Virus record (IMG/VR): IMGVR_UViG_3300005844_000023 | Span: 1,507-65,506 of that record | Source of the DNA: a virus | Lineage: Duplodnaviria > Caudoviricetes | Length of the DNA stretch: 64,000 nt | Strand: one strand, 5' to 3' | Part shown: positions 1 through 8,719 of the stretch, piece after piece | Position numbering within the stretch: the first letter of the stretch is position 1 | Layout of the letters: each line of letters begins with the position of its first letter | Notes under the pieces: generated by a model | The model's database searches: none | The model's input: only the letters and a program-made list of their open reading frames with translations | What the model was told of the DNA's origin: nothing | Position numbers and translations under genes: made by a program

Positions 1-162
1 CATCGATGCCTCCATGCCGCTGGTGCCCTGCTTCATCTGGCCGATGCATTTCGAGGGATCGCCGCCGCAGATCGGGCAGCCAGCCGCTGAGTCGAGGCCC
101 ATCGGACACGCCATCTTGGCGTTGCCGGAGCCGCCGCCCATCGAGTTCATGTCCATTGCCAT
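1..162 (-). CDS. Small hypothetical protein, truncated at window edge (MAMDMNSMGGGSGNAKMACPMG...)
   Basis: Read manually; ATG at 162 preceded by GGAG; runs off the window. Confidence 0.55.
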   Translation of the reverse strand, partial: MAMDMNSMGGGSGNAKMACPMGLDSAAGCPICGGDPSKCIGQMKQGTSGMEASM

Positions 163-166
163 TCGG

Positions 167-523
167 TCACTCCTTGAGGCTATTTCCTTGTTTGCCTGTA
201 GAATCGGGCGCACTTACGCCGGGCGGCAGATAGCTGGGATCGAGTGTCCGCAGATAGTCTGCAATGGCCTTCCCGAACATCGCTATCGAACCCGCATTAG
301 TGGTCGGGCATAGCGCCCTATTGAATTCCAGCACCGGCATTGTCGGTCCGAACTCGGCTATCAAGGTATTGAGCCTGGTTCGACCTTCCTTGCTGACGCT
401 GTATCCCATGAAGTCAACACGGCCATCGCCATCGTCGACACCATATGCGTATAGATCGACTTGACTCCAGCGCTCGATCTCGTCGCAGATGGCGCGCGTC
501 AATTCGTCCGCGCGCGTGGCCAT
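167..523 (-). CDS. Hypothetical phage protein
   Basis: ORF 167..556; ATG at 523 follows the stop of the upstream small ORF. Confidence 0.6.
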   Translation of the reverse strand: MATRADELTRAICDEIERWSQVDLYAYGVDDGDGRVDFMGYSVSKEGRTRLNTLIAEFGPTMPVLEFNRALCPTTNAGSIAMFGKAIADYLRTLDPSYLPPGVSAPDSTGKQGNSLKE

Positions 524-527
524 TTCT

Positions 528-653
528 TTAGGCTCGCTTGCCGACGCCCTTGGCACCGACGACGCCCTTGGTCTTGCCCTGCTTGGGCGACGCGGGCTTG
601 CCGGGGCCCTTGCCGGTCTGCTTGTTGACGAATTTCTTGACCTTGGTTCCCAT
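528..653 (-). CDS. Small Lys/Gly-rich basic protein (MGTKVKKFVNKQTGKGPGKPASPKQGKTKGVVGAKGVGKRA)
   Basis: Read manually; 41 aa, tightly packed between neighbours. Confidence 0.6.
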   Translation of the reverse strand: MGTKVKKFVNKQTGKGPGKPASPKQGKTKGVVGAKGVGKRA

Positions 654-656
654 GAT

Positions 657-851
657 TTAGCTCTTTCTGTTTGCGCCGGGTGTCTGCGGCGTGCGCATGT
701 GACGCGCGAGCGCGTCGGTGAGATCGGAGGTGGCTGACGCGCTGGCCTTGAGTGCGAACTTGCGCGACGGCAGCGGGTTCGGCGGCTTGGTCGGCACGCT
801 CGGTGCCTTCGGCTCGCGCGGCGCGGTGTTGTGGCTTCCCTTGGTGCGCAT
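657..851 (-). CDS. Small basic hypothetical protein
   Basis: ORF 657..905; likely start MRTKGSH after GGAG-like RBS. Confidence 0.5.
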   Translation of the reverse strand: MRTKGSHNTAPREPKAPSVPTKPPNPLPSRKFALKASASATSDLTDALARHMRTPQTPGANRKS

Positions 852-967
852 GATTGGCTCCTTTTTCAGTTTGTTGGCATCCGAGTAACGATGAAGAGCC
901 AACAAATCAGCACGATCCAGAACAAGGGATACACGATGAACATCACTTCCATGATATTCATGATCGC

Positions 968-1180
968 CTAGCTTTGCATGACCGGCTTGATGATGCGCGA
1001 CGGCACCGGCTCGATGATGAAGACGGCCGCGCCATTGGCGAGGATGTTGACGGCGGTGAGCTTCATCTCGGCGGGGAAATTCTCGAACTTGGCGCGCACG
1101 TTGTCGGGCGAGGTGAACTCGAACGTGATCTTGGGGAAATTCATCTGCTGCGAGGGAATCTGGAATGCAGGTGTCGTCAT
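968..1180 (-). CDS. Hypothetical protein (MTTPAFQIPSQQMNFPK...)
   Basis: ORF 968..1249; GGAG upstream of ATG at 1180. Confidence 0.55.
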   Translation of the reverse strand: MTTPAFQIPSQQMNFPKITFEFTSPDNVRAKFENFPAEMKLTAVNILANGAAVFIIEPVPSRIIKPVMQS

Positions 1181-1473
1181 GATCGCTCCGGGAATTTGAT
1201 CGCGGTCCACACGATCAGCACGATAAGCCCGAACAGCGCCAGCCCGCAAACATTGCGCGGGTCAATGCCAGCCTTCGAACGGTTGCCAGCCACCGAAGCG
1301 ACCATGGGTTTTCATCCAGCGGTTCGTTTCGATCTCGACACGGTCGCGAGCGATCCTGACACATTCCGGGCAGGCGCGTATCGGCCCGCCGTGACCGGAG
1401 CTCTGGCGCGCAACGATGATGAAGTCCGCGTCATGCTTGCGGCACCACCAATCGTAGTGGATGCCGGGCGAGA

Positions 1474-3114
1474 TCATTGCTTCGTCGGTGGCGGCTGCGC
1501 TGACTGAGTGCTGCCGTTGCTCTTCGGTGGCGGCGGTGTGGTGGCGAGCGGCTGTTGCAGCGGCTTGCCGGTGACCGGGTCGATCGTCACCATCGTGTTC
1601 GCCATCGCGTCTTCGGCTTCCTTGGCGACAACCTCCTGATCGGCCGCGTAGTCGAAATCCTCGGGCAGATAGCCGTATCGGATGGCGGCGTCGACGATGG
1701 CCTCGCCGCTGATGTCCTTGTTGGTGCGCAACTGCATGTCGGCGGTGAAGCCGACGCCGTCGTTCATGCCAGCAACGAAGTCCTTGGTGACGAGCACTTC
1801 CGGCTCGAACGTGGCGTCGCCGAGCCAATCGGCGGTGAGTTGCCAGCATTGCTCGAGGGCGTCGGCGAAGCGGATCGCCCAGGCCATGACCTGCGAATTG
1901 GCTTTCACGGCGACCTGGCCGGTGGTGATCACCGTGAGATTGCTCTGCGTCAGCGGCTGCATGCCGAGATCGCGCATCTCGGTGCGGGTGTTCTGCAACT
2001 TGTCGAACACGATCTTGATCGACATGCCCGCTGGCTCCACCGCCTTGAAGTCGCCTTGCGGGCCAGCGGCAGGCGGCGGTATCCACACCACCGAGCGCGG
2101 GCCAACCACGAGCGGGTCTTCCGGCTTGTCGACGCCGATCCCGGCGTACATCGGGAAGCCGGTGAGATCGAGAATGTTCTGGAGATTGCTCTCCTCGTTG
2201 TATTCCTGAATTTGCAGATCGGCGACGGTCTTGAGCGGCGGCGCGATGATGTAGCTGCCTACCTTGCGCTCGCCGGTGATGAACGGCACCAGCGGGATCA
2301 CGCCGATGGTGTAGACGCCCTCGTCGACCACCTGCCAGATTTGCGGCGAGGTCGAATTCGGCGGCGGCCGGATCAATTCCCACAGCTTGTAGGTCGGCAC
2401 GCCCCACTTGTTGGGCTTGCCAGCGATGTCGCGCCCGATGACCTCGCGGTCCATGACGCGCACGCGCTCGACCAGCACTTCGAGGTAGCCGTCGAGCGTG
2501 ATCTGCGGCTCCAGCACGCGCGCGTGCGTGATGATCTCGATCTGGTTCTCCCAATCGGAATACACCGCGATGACGGCGGTGGCCGGGATGAAGCACCAGT
2601 ACGGACGCAAGTTTTGCGCGGCCTCGTCGGCTTTCGTCAGCGCGAAGCCGTCGGCGCGCGGCGTCGGCTTGCTGTAGTCCACCAGCACCCAGGAGATGGC
2701 GTGGTTGAGCGCGTCGCGAAACCATTCGTTGGCGAACACATGCAGCGATCGCCCCATGCCGTCGATGTTCTCTTCCAGCGTCTCGTATTCCGTTGGCGCG
2801 TCCTTGAGCTTCACCTCGCGCCCGAACGGCTTGGCGCTGAGATTGCGCAGAATGTCTTCGTAGATGTTGGTGAACGGGGTCTTCGCCAGCCGCAACGTAT
2901 AGGGATCGTAGCTGCCGCCGCGACTGTCCTTCGAGTTCGGCTGCTCTTCCTGAAACCGCGGGAGATATTTCTCGCCGGCCAGGCGCATGGCCTCGGTGCC
3001 GCCGAGAATGGTGTCGACCTTGTTCCAATACGGCACCATCGCCTCGTAATCCGCCGAGCGTGTCGACGGATCGGTGCGCGGATTGCCGCTCTCAGCTACG
3101 TCGCCGACGGTCAT
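1474..3114 (-). CDS. Portal protein (DUF4055-type)
   Basis: About 550 aa just downstream of TerL; N-terminal YEAM..YW..V.TILGGTEAMR.AGEKYLP motif typical of DUF4055 portals. Confidence 0.85.
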   Translation of the reverse strand: MTVGDVAESGNPRTDPSTRSADYEAMVPYWNKVDTILGGTEAMRLAGEKYLPRFQEEQPNSKDSRGGSYDPYTLRLAKTPFTNIYEDILRNLSAKPFGREVKLKDAPTEYETLEENIDGMGRSLHVFANEWFRDALNHAISWVLVDYSKPTPRADGFALTKADEAAQNLRPYWCFIPATAVIAVYSDWENQIEIITHARVLEPQITLDGYLEVLVERVRVMDREVIGRDIAGKPNKWGVPTYKLWELIRPPPNSTSPQIWQVVDEGVYTIGVIPLVPFITGERKVGSYIIAPPLKTVADLQIQEYNEESNLQNILDLTGFPMYAGIGVDKPEDPLVVGPRSVVWIPPPAAGPQGDFKAVEPAGMSIKIVFDKLQNTRTEMRDLGMQPLTQSNLTVITTGQVAVKANSQVMAWAIRFADALEQCWQLTADWLGDATFEPEVLVTKDFVAGMNDGVGFTADMQLRTNKDISGEAIVDAAIRYGYLPEDFDYAADQEVVAKEAEDAMANTMVTIDPVTGKPLQQPLATTPPPPKSNGSTQSAQPPPTKQ

Positions 3115-3224
3115 GGAATTTGCCACCACATCGCTAGGAGAACGATCACCGGGGCGAGCACGAGAACGCCGATGGCAGCCCAGAGGATCAGGTTGAGCGC
3201 GACGCTGTTCGTCTCGATCGTCAC
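3111..3224 (-). CDS. Small membrane protein (VTIETNSVALNLILWAAIGVLVLAPVIVLLAMWWQIP)
   Basis: Read manually; GTGA/ATGA overlaps with both neighbours; one hydrophobic helix. Confidence 0.55.
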   Translation of the reverse strand: MTIETNSVALNLILWAAIGVLVLAPVIVLLAMWWQIP

Positions 3225-3397
3225 GCCTTGCGCTCGTCGCCCTTGGCGTGTGAACGTTGGCGGCGCTGAGCGGCGGTCATGGGCTTAGCGCCGATCGACG
3301 GGCGACCGCGCTTTTTCGGGAACACTCTTGCACGCTGGTTGCCGGGGCACAGGCCCCAATGCGTCTGCGCGCAGATTTTGCACTTGGGTGCGTCCAT
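3221..3397 (-). CDS. Small CxxC/basic protein (MDAPKCKICAQTHWGLC...KRGRP...MTAAQRRQR)
   Basis: TGATG overlap with the TerL stop. Confidence 0.55.
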   Translation of the reverse strand: MDAPKCKICAQTHWGLCPGNQRARVFPKKRGRPSIGAKPMTAAQRRQRSHAKGDERKA

Positions 3398-4587
3398 CAA
3401 TAGCCTCCGAGCTTGAGCTGCGGCACGGCGCGACGCAACGGTTCGATGGCGTAGCGCAGGCTGTCGATGGTGTGGTTCTTGTCGTCGGCGAGCTTGGGCA
3501 GGACTTGCTCGGTGAGCTTGTCGATCTCGTAGCTGTAGGTCGCCAATTCGTCCGCCACGTGCTTGCAGCGCGGGTGCACCACGATGTCGTAGCTCTTGAG
3601 AAATTCGACGCCTTCCTCGATCGAGCCGACGCCTTTGACCGACGCGCGCATCTTGGGAAAGCCGTGCCGCACCATGTAGGAGATGCTTTGCGGATTGGCG
3701 CTGTCGGCGATGATCGGCCAAGCCAGAGCACCCGGCACCTTGGCGAACAGCGCGGGCGTGTGATCCAATTCGCAGCCGACCTGCCAGGCCTCGGCGTCGA
3801 CGTAGAGCGTGCGGCCATCGATCCAGCACCGCACCAGCACAGTGGGATCGACGCTGAAGCCCCAATCTGCGCCGAAATAGAACCGCGCATCCGGCGGCGT
3901 AGCGAACTCCTCGATCCTCCAATTGTGGAAGACCCGCGCCTCGCTGTTGGTGAGGTACTCGCCGAGCCAGACGTGCTTGTAGCGTTCCGGATCGCGGCGG
4001 CGATCGTATTCCATCTCGTCGCGCAGCTCTTGCGGGAACCAGGGGTTGCTCTCGTAGTTCGCCTGCACCACCGCCGCGTCCGGTGGCTTCTCCTTGCGCA
4101 GGAGCTCGTCCACGGCGTCGCGCGGCGACCGCGGGTTCCATGAGAACCACAGCTCCGAGCCGGGCTCGCGAATGGTCGGGCGCAGCAGCGTCAGCGAGCG
4201 CTTCGACAGCCCTTGCGCCTCTTCCACCCAGGCGATGCGGTAGCCTTCGAGCGATTTGATGCTCTCGGCGGTGTGGTTCTGCATGCCCTGGAAGATGATG
4301 ATGCCGTCGTAGGGCGTCTCGATATGGCTGTCCAGGATGCGGAATTGCGAGCCGACCTTGAGGCTGGCGATCTTGTCCTCGATCAGCCGCTTCACCGATT
4401 GTTCGAGCGATCGCTGTATCTCGCGCACGCACACCGCGCGGGTGCGCCGCTTGAGGCATTCCGCCACCAGACTTTCGGCGAAGAAGTGGCTTTTGCCCGA
4501 GCCGCGACCGCCATGCGCGCCCTTGTAGCGGGCGGGACCGAGCAGCGGGCCGAACACTTGCGGCGTTTCGATGCTCAGCTTGCGCAT
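3397..4587 (-). CDS. terL: Terminase large subunit (PBSX-like)
   Basis: Walker A GGRGSGKS, Walker B AWVEEA, coupling motif NP, nuclease motifs GADWG and D..NHTID. Confidence 0.93.
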   Translation of the reverse strand: MRKLSIETPQVFGPLLGPARYKGAHGGRGSGKSHFFAESLVAECLKRRTRAVCVREIQRSLEQSVKRLIEDKIASLKVGSQFRILDSHIETPYDGIIIFQGMQNHTAESIKSLEGYRIAWVEEAQGLSKRSLTLLRPTIREPGSELWFSWNPRSPRDAVDELLRKEKPPDAAVVQANYESNPWFPQELRDEMEYDRRRDPERYKHVWLGEYLTNSEARVFHNWRIEEFATPPDARFYFGADWGFSVDPTVLVRCWIDGRTLYVDAEAWQVGCELDHTPALFAKVPGALAWPIIADSANPQSISYMVRHGFPKMRASVKGVGSIEEGVEFLKSYDIVVHPRCKHVADELATYSYEIDKLTEQVLPKLADDKNHTIDSLRYAIEPLRRAVPQLKLGGY

Positions 4588-4601
4588 GATGCGTTGCGCG
4601 A

Positions 4602-5015
4602 TTATTGCGTGCGCGAGGATTGCCCGTCGATCGTGGGGCCGATCAGCACGCGCTCGATGACGTTCACCTGTTCGAGCTGGATCGCGCCACCGTCCGCGCC
4701 GGTATGCTCGACGCGTGCGAGCTTGGGATAACCGTATTCCATTAGCGTCGAGGCGATGTCGCACGAGGCCATGACGTATTTCACCAGCCGATCGCGCACC
4801 TTGTCGGGCAAAGACGCAATTAATGCGTTCTGCTCTTCGACGCTCTTGGCACCGGCAACCGGCGACAACGCGATCTGGCGGATCAGCAACATGCCCTCGG
4901 CGAGTATCTCGGGCGGCGTGGTCTTGAGTTTGCGGCAGACCTCGAGCACCGAGATCAGGTTGTCCCGCTTCAACAGCGTCGCCTTGTTGAGGGTGCCGGT
5001 GATGCGGCCGCCCAT
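4602..5015 (-). CDS. terS: Probable terminase small subunit
   Basis: Directly upstream of TerL; GR..GT.NK N-terminus and EHTGADGGAI C-terminal motif. Confidence 0.7.
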   Translation of the reverse strand: MGGRITGTLNKATLLKRDNLISVLEVCRKLKTTPPEILAEGMLLIRQIALSPVAGAKSVEEQNALIASLPDKVRDRLVKYVMASCDIASTLMEYGYPKLARVEHTGADGGAIQLEQVNVIERVLIGPTIDGQSSRTQ

Positions 5016-5179
5016 CAGACAGATTCTTTATTGTTTGGGGATGTTTTCCCATTCCGCTTTGCGTCGATCGCGTCCAGTTGCTCGAAGATGTCAGCGAGTT
5101 GGGCGACGGTGGGCACGGCGGGAGCCGGGCCAATGTTCGGACGGCGGTTGGGGGATGATTCGCGCGTGATGTCGGACAT
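5015..5179 (-). CDS. Small hypothetical protein
   Basis: ORF; overlaps the TerS start. Confidence 0.45.
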   Translation of the reverse strand: MSDITRESSPNRRPNIGPAPAVPTVAQLADIFEQLDAIDAKRNGKTSPNNKESV

Positions 5180-5239
5180 GGTCAACACCTCGAAACAAGG
5201 CTTCCGCACGGCACAAAGTCGCTGCGCGGGCACTCGTTT

Positions 5240-5740
5240 TTATCGAAGGACCGTAACATCAGCAAGGTGGACGTGTACCACCCGTTGTGCTCCGAAACAA
5301 GACCATAGGCAAGATATGCGCTCGCCCTGCACCTTGATGCATTCGAGCACCTGGTTGACCAGCGAGCCGCGAAACATCTTCAGCCGTTCGCCCGGGAGCA
5401 CCGCGCCGAGCCGGAAATAACCGTGCCGTTCGGCGTCGATCAGCGCGTCCACCTCGCTATCGCGCACCGCTTCCGGATGCTCGCATGTCGGCAGAACGGT
5501 AAGAACGCCTTGCGTGCTGCCGACCGCTTTCCAGGCGTGATCCTCGATGTCGTCGATCGCCATCTTGACGAACAGATAGCCGCGAAACAGCGGTTCGAGC
5601 CGTTCGCACATGCGGCCGCGCACATAACGGCGCACCGTCAGCATCGGCAGATAGCATTCGAACGATTGATTGCGCAGACGCCGCAGCGCCTCGCGTTCCG
5701 CGTTCGGTTTGGATTGCACCACGTACCAGGCATGCGCCAT
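5240..5740 (-). CDS. NusG/RfaH-like transcription elongation factor
   Basis: WYVVQSKPNAE..A...L..Q.FECYLPM, PLFRGYLFV, STQGV (NGN domain) and a KOW-like C-terminus. Confidence 0.88.
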   Translation of the reverse strand: MAHAWYVVQSKPNAEREALRRLRNQSFECYLPMLTVRRYVRGRMCERLEPLFRGYLFVKMAIDDIEDHAWKAVGSTQGVLTVLPTCEHPEAVRDSEVDALIDAERHGYFRLGAVLPGERLKMFRGSLVNQVLECIKVQGERISCLWSCFGAQRVVHVHLADVTVLR

Positions 5741-5888
5741 TCCGCTGTGTTCTCCGGTGCATAACGCGCGGCAGGTTGGGTACAACCAGCACTAGAAATC
5801 CCGCCGATGACGCGATGAAGACGCCAGTTGTGTCGATTCGGTGCGTCTCGGCAAGGGTCAATTACAACTTCCTCCTGTACTTGACGGA

Positions 5889-5905
5889 TGCGCAAAATTT
5901 GCGCA
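5889..5905. promoter_or_regulatory. Perfect 17-bp palindrome TGCGCAAA-A-TTTGCGCA next to a CTTGAC -35-like hexamer; candidate operator
   Basis: Seen directly in the gap between divergent transcription units. Confidence 0.45.
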
Positions 5906-6319
5906 CTCTCAACGAGAGTTGAGAGCCAGAGCCGAACGGGGAATGCCACCGAAGACACGGTACTAATGGCCGCCGACCCCTCGTCACCGCTGAATGTCAC
6001 GACCGACGCAAGATGCCCGCATGTCTCGCGCGCCGCTCTTGCGATCCAAAAGACCGAACGTCTGCACCTGATCGCGCGAATGTCCTTCGCGACCGCTGTA
6101 CCGCGATCTGCACCGCCGCCGCGCCGCTTCAACCCACGCGCGACGTCGAGACGCGAACGCCCGCAGTGATGCGACGCCGCTTCGCAAGACGTTATCAGCG
6201 CCACGACCGGGGGTCGTGCAAAAACACTTTCGTCGATCATGTATTACGCGCGAATGCCCACCGTGGCCGCTGTAGCGCCGAGGCGTGATCGTCATCGTGT
6301 TCAATACGGCCGCCTGCTG

Positions 6320-6406
6320 AACAACACGCGCACCAAGTCTCCGCGCGATGCAGCCGCGAGCCGACGACCGCAACTCGATCGGAACAACATTGCACCAAGT
6401 CTCCGC
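6320..6406. repeat. Direct repeat AACAACA..GCACCAAGTCTCCGCG, 2 copies (about 6320 and 6383)
   Basis: Seen directly. Confidence 0.6.
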
Positions 6407-6596
6407 GATGCCGATCGACGCGCGGACAAAGCGAAACGTTGCTGCCGAGCAACCGGTAAGGCGGTCTCGGCAGCAATTGTTTCGCGCGGAGCCGATCACG
6501 AGGAAGTAGACGGATTCAATTCCAGCGCCTCGTTGCAATAGGCGGTATGCCGATCGGCTCCGCGCGGAACAACCCGCACAACAGATGGAGACTGAC

Positions 6597-6821
6597 ATGA
6601 CCAAGCTCACCACGCCGCGTGGCTTCACCGTTCGTCCACGCAAGGCAAACGAGCCCGTTGACAGCGGGCGCGGCAATTACGTCGTCGAAGAAAACGGCGG
6701 CGCCGTTGTCGCGTGTGCATCGCGCGACGCCGGCGTGCGTCTCGCGTTGCGCGCCGTTCTCGACGCATGTCCCGCGCCGGGCGCGAAGATCGCGATGCGT
6801 ACCATTCGCAAATGGGGTTGA
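6597..6821 (+). CDS. Early small hypothetical protein
   Basis: GGAGACTGAC-ATG start. Confidence 0.7.
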   Translation: MTKLTTPRGFTVRPRKANEPVDSGRGNYVVEENGGAVVACASRDAGVRLALRAVLDACPAPGAKIAMRTIRKWG

Positions 6822-6890
6822 ATTGCAGTCCGTGTCGTCTCGCAAGAGACGACACGAACGGCAATCCTGCCGAAGACGATGGAGACTGAC
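6822..6890 (+). repeat. Structured intergenic repeat, copy 1
   Basis: ATTGC-AGTC-11-bp stem/GCAA loop-AACG-GCAAT-CCTGCCG...GGAGACTGAC. Confidence 0.85.
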
Positions 6891-6891
6891 G

Positions 6892-7179
6892 ATGGGTGCT
6901 CACAATTGTTCGATGACGTTTCGCGCCGATACCTTCGCGCAAGCCAAGGAAAAGGCGATGACGTTTCAACGACAAGAGCAATACGAGAACGGCCACGGTG
7001 GCTACAGCGGCCATCTCGGCACCGCCGGGGTCGGCGTGCAACGCGTGTTGCAGACGTTCGCAACGCGCGAAGCCGCCGAGGAATGGATTCTCGACAACCA
7101 CAAGAAATGGGACGTGCCGATGCTTGCCCGCATCGGCAACACCGACGAATGGCTTCTCGCCGGTTGGTGTGCCTCCTGA
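6892..7179 (+). CDS. Early hypothetical protein
   Basis: Start follows repeat copy 1. Confidence 0.75.
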   Translation: MGAHNCSMTFRADTFAQAKEKAMTFQRQEQYENGHGGYSGHLGTAGVGVQRVLQTFATREAAEEWILDNHKKWDVPMLARIGNTDEWLLAGWCAS

Positions 7180-7245
7180 ATGCAGCGCATGCGCCGAGAG
7201 CATCGGCGCATGATCGGCATTCCGCCGAAGACGATGGAGACTGAC
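7178..7245 (+). repeat. Structured intergenic repeat, copy 2
   Basis: GAATGC/GCATTC outer stem, 10-bp inner stem, GGAGACTGAC. Confidence 0.85.
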
Positions 7246-7247
7246 AG

Positions 7248-7400
7248 ATGTGCAAGATCAACAACGGCATGTTCGCTTATTGGTCCGCCCTTTGCGAACG
7301 CAACCACGACGACCCGATCGGCGTCACCGCCGAGGCGTTCGACGTCGAACGCATCGAGGTCGAATTGGTTGTCGGCAACGATCTCGCCCACGAAGACTGA
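7248..7400 (+). CDS. Early small acidic protein (MCKINNGMFAYWSALCER...)
   Basis: Read manually between repeat copies 2 and 3. Confidence 0.7.
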   Translation: MCKINNGMFAYWSALCERNHDDPIGVTAEAFDVERIEVELVVGNDLAHED

Positions 7401-7468
7401 AATGCAGCCCATGTCGTTGCGCAAGCAACGGCATGAACGGCATTCCGCCGACAACGAAGGAGACTGAC
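7401..7468 (+). repeat. Structured intergenic repeat, copy 3
   Basis: AATGC/GCATT outer stem, inner stem with GCAA loop, GGAGACTGAC. Confidence 0.85.
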
Positions 7469-7672
7469 ATGACCATCGAATTCCGAACCAACGAATACCG
7501 ATTTGCTCACGGTCACACACCGCGTGGCTACGGCAATTGGGCATTCTTCTTTCATCCGTCGCGTCGCATCGAAGACGCGTTTTGGGTGTGGGGAATGTAT
7601 TCGGAAGCGAAGAAAACCGCTCGCGTCGAGGCCAAACGCCGAGACGTCGAGGAAGTTTTCGTCGGATCATAA
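7469..7672 (+). CDS. Early hypothetical protein (MTIEFRTNEYRFAHGHTPRGYGNWAF...)
   Basis: Start follows repeat copy 3. Confidence 0.75.
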   Translation: MTIEFRTNEYRFAHGHTPRGYGNWAFFFHPSRRIEDAFWVWGMYSEAKKTARVEAKRRDVEEVFVGS

Positions 7673-7730
7673 TGCAGCGAAGCGCGCCTCTCAGGCGGGG
7701 CGCGTCACGGTGCATTTTGAAAAGGAGACA
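7671..7730 (+). repeat. Degenerate structured repeat, copy 4
   Basis: AATGCA/TGCATT outer stem, variant inner hairpin, GGAGACAC. Confidence 0.55.
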
Positions 7731-7733
7731 CCA

Positions 7734-7925
7734 ATGACTGAGGAAGATTTCCGCAAGGCGCTGGTCAAGCTTGGCATCAAGACCCAAGCCGAGGCCGCCG
7801 CCGTGCTCGGCGTGAAACTTCGCACCGCGAATGGCTACGCCAACGGAATGAAGATACCGGCAATGGTTCAACGTTTCCTGCAAGTCTTGCAGGAGACGAA
7901 ATACCCGGTGCAGAAATGGTTCTAG
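7734..7925 (+). CDS. Small XRE/Cro-like HTH protein
   Basis: LGIKTQAEAAAVLGVKLRTANGYANG...IP fits an HTH_XRE pattern. Confidence 0.7.
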   Translation: MTEEDFRKALVKLGIKTQAEAAAVLGVKLRTANGYANGMKIPAMVQRFLQVLQETKYPVQKWF

Positions 7926-7988
7926 ATTGCAGCCGATAGCCGTCGAGGGCGGCTATCAACGGCAATCCTGCCGACAATGGAGACTGAC
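7925..7988 (+). repeat. Structured intergenic repeat, copy 5
   Basis: GATTGC/GCAATC, inner stem GATAGCCGTC/GGCGGCTATC, GGAGACTGAC. Confidence 0.85.
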
Positions 7989-7990
7989 CG

Positions 7991-8215
7991 ATGGCCTTCA
8001 AACACAAGAAGGTTCTGCATTGGGATGACGAGCGCCCATATGGCAACGGTTACATCGTGACCACTGGTTACGGCTGGGCGTTCGAGCCCCACGAAGATCA
8101 TAACAATGCTTGCCACGTTCGCGGTTTCGACACCGCGCGCGAGGCTCGCGCCGATCTCAAATGGGTCGAGCCGTGCTCATGCCTTCGATGCACGTCCAAA
8201 GGCAAAGAGGGATAA
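7991..8215 (+). CDS. Early hypothetical protein with C-terminal CxCxxC
   Basis: ORF follows repeat copy 5. Confidence 0.75.
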   Translation: MAFKHKKVLHWDDERPYGNGYIVTTGYGWAFEPHEDHNNACHVRGFDTAREARADLKWVEPCSCLRCTSKGKEG

Positions 8216-8216
8216 A

Positions 8217-8282
8217 GATTGCAGCCCATGCGTCGCATCTCGCGGCGCATGTTCGGCAATCCTGCCGATAATGGAGACTGAC
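8217..8282 (+). repeat. Structured intergenic repeat, copy 6
   Basis: GATTGC/GCAATC, CATGCG/CGCATG stem, GGAGACTGAC. Confidence 0.85.
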
Positions 8283-8283
8283 A

Positions 8284-8403
8284 ATGCAAAAGATTCCGTT
8301 CGAAGACACCTGGATTGGCATGCTGTCCGCCCTCGTGTCGCTGACGTTGTTCACGTCGTCGATCGCCGTAATCGCCGCCATCGTTTGCGGCATCGTGCGA
8401 TGA
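8284..8403 (+). CDS. Small membrane protein (MQKIPFEDTWIGMLSALVSLTLFTSSIAVIAAIVCGIVR)
   Basis: Read manually; follows repeat copy 6. Confidence 0.65.
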   Translation: MQKIPFEDTWIGMLSALVSLTLFTSSIAVIAAIVCGIVR

Positions 8404-8612
8404 CGTGCGTGGGGGATTGGATGCGCCTCAGCGTTGGCGATCTCGTCACCGCTGAGGGTGGACGGCACATCGGCCGCGTCGAGAGCATCGCGCACTCGGC
8501 GCGCGTTCGCGTGTGCTGGTACGAGACGGGATGGCATGAATGGTTCGACCTCGATCAGATCGAGCGCATCGAGCCGCGTCATGCGCTGTGGAAGATGTTC
8601 CATCCAGACTGA
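8400..8612 (+). CDS. Small SH3/KOW-like beta protein
   Basis: ATGA overlap; LSVGDLV...GRV...RVRVCW pattern. Confidence 0.6.
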   Translation: MTCVGDWMRLSVGDLVTAEGGRHIGRVESIAHSARVRVCWYETGWHEWFDLDQIERIEPRHALWKMFHPD

Positions 8613-8719
8613 AAACGTCGCCTGACGTTTCGGGCGCGCCTCCGCTGCGGGGCGCGTTTCCGAAGCGCCTTCGCTCCCTCGCATCCCGCGAGGCACAAGG
8701 GCTTCACATGGAGACTGAC

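Noticed and set aside
1555-3288. Long plus-strand ORF (577 aa) and overlapping 588-aa minus frame
   Set aside because: Shadow frames of the portal gene, as expected in high-GC DNA.
6541-6552. GGCGGTATGCCG as an RfaH ops site
   Set aside because: It only partly matches GGCGGTAG and lies on the opposite strand from the late operon.
6822-6860. TTGCAG as a repeated -35 promoter box
   Set aside because: There is no conserved -10 at a fixed spacing, and the base covariation points to pairing rather than promoter sequence.
6855-6875. Resemblance of GAACGGCAATCCTGCCG to the SAM/SAH riboswitch core, and of A-GTC to the hairpin-ribozyme cleavage site
   Set aside because: The SAM/SAH P1 (GUCAC/GUGAC) is absent; AGTC occurs in only one copy and the opposing AGAA and loop B are missing.
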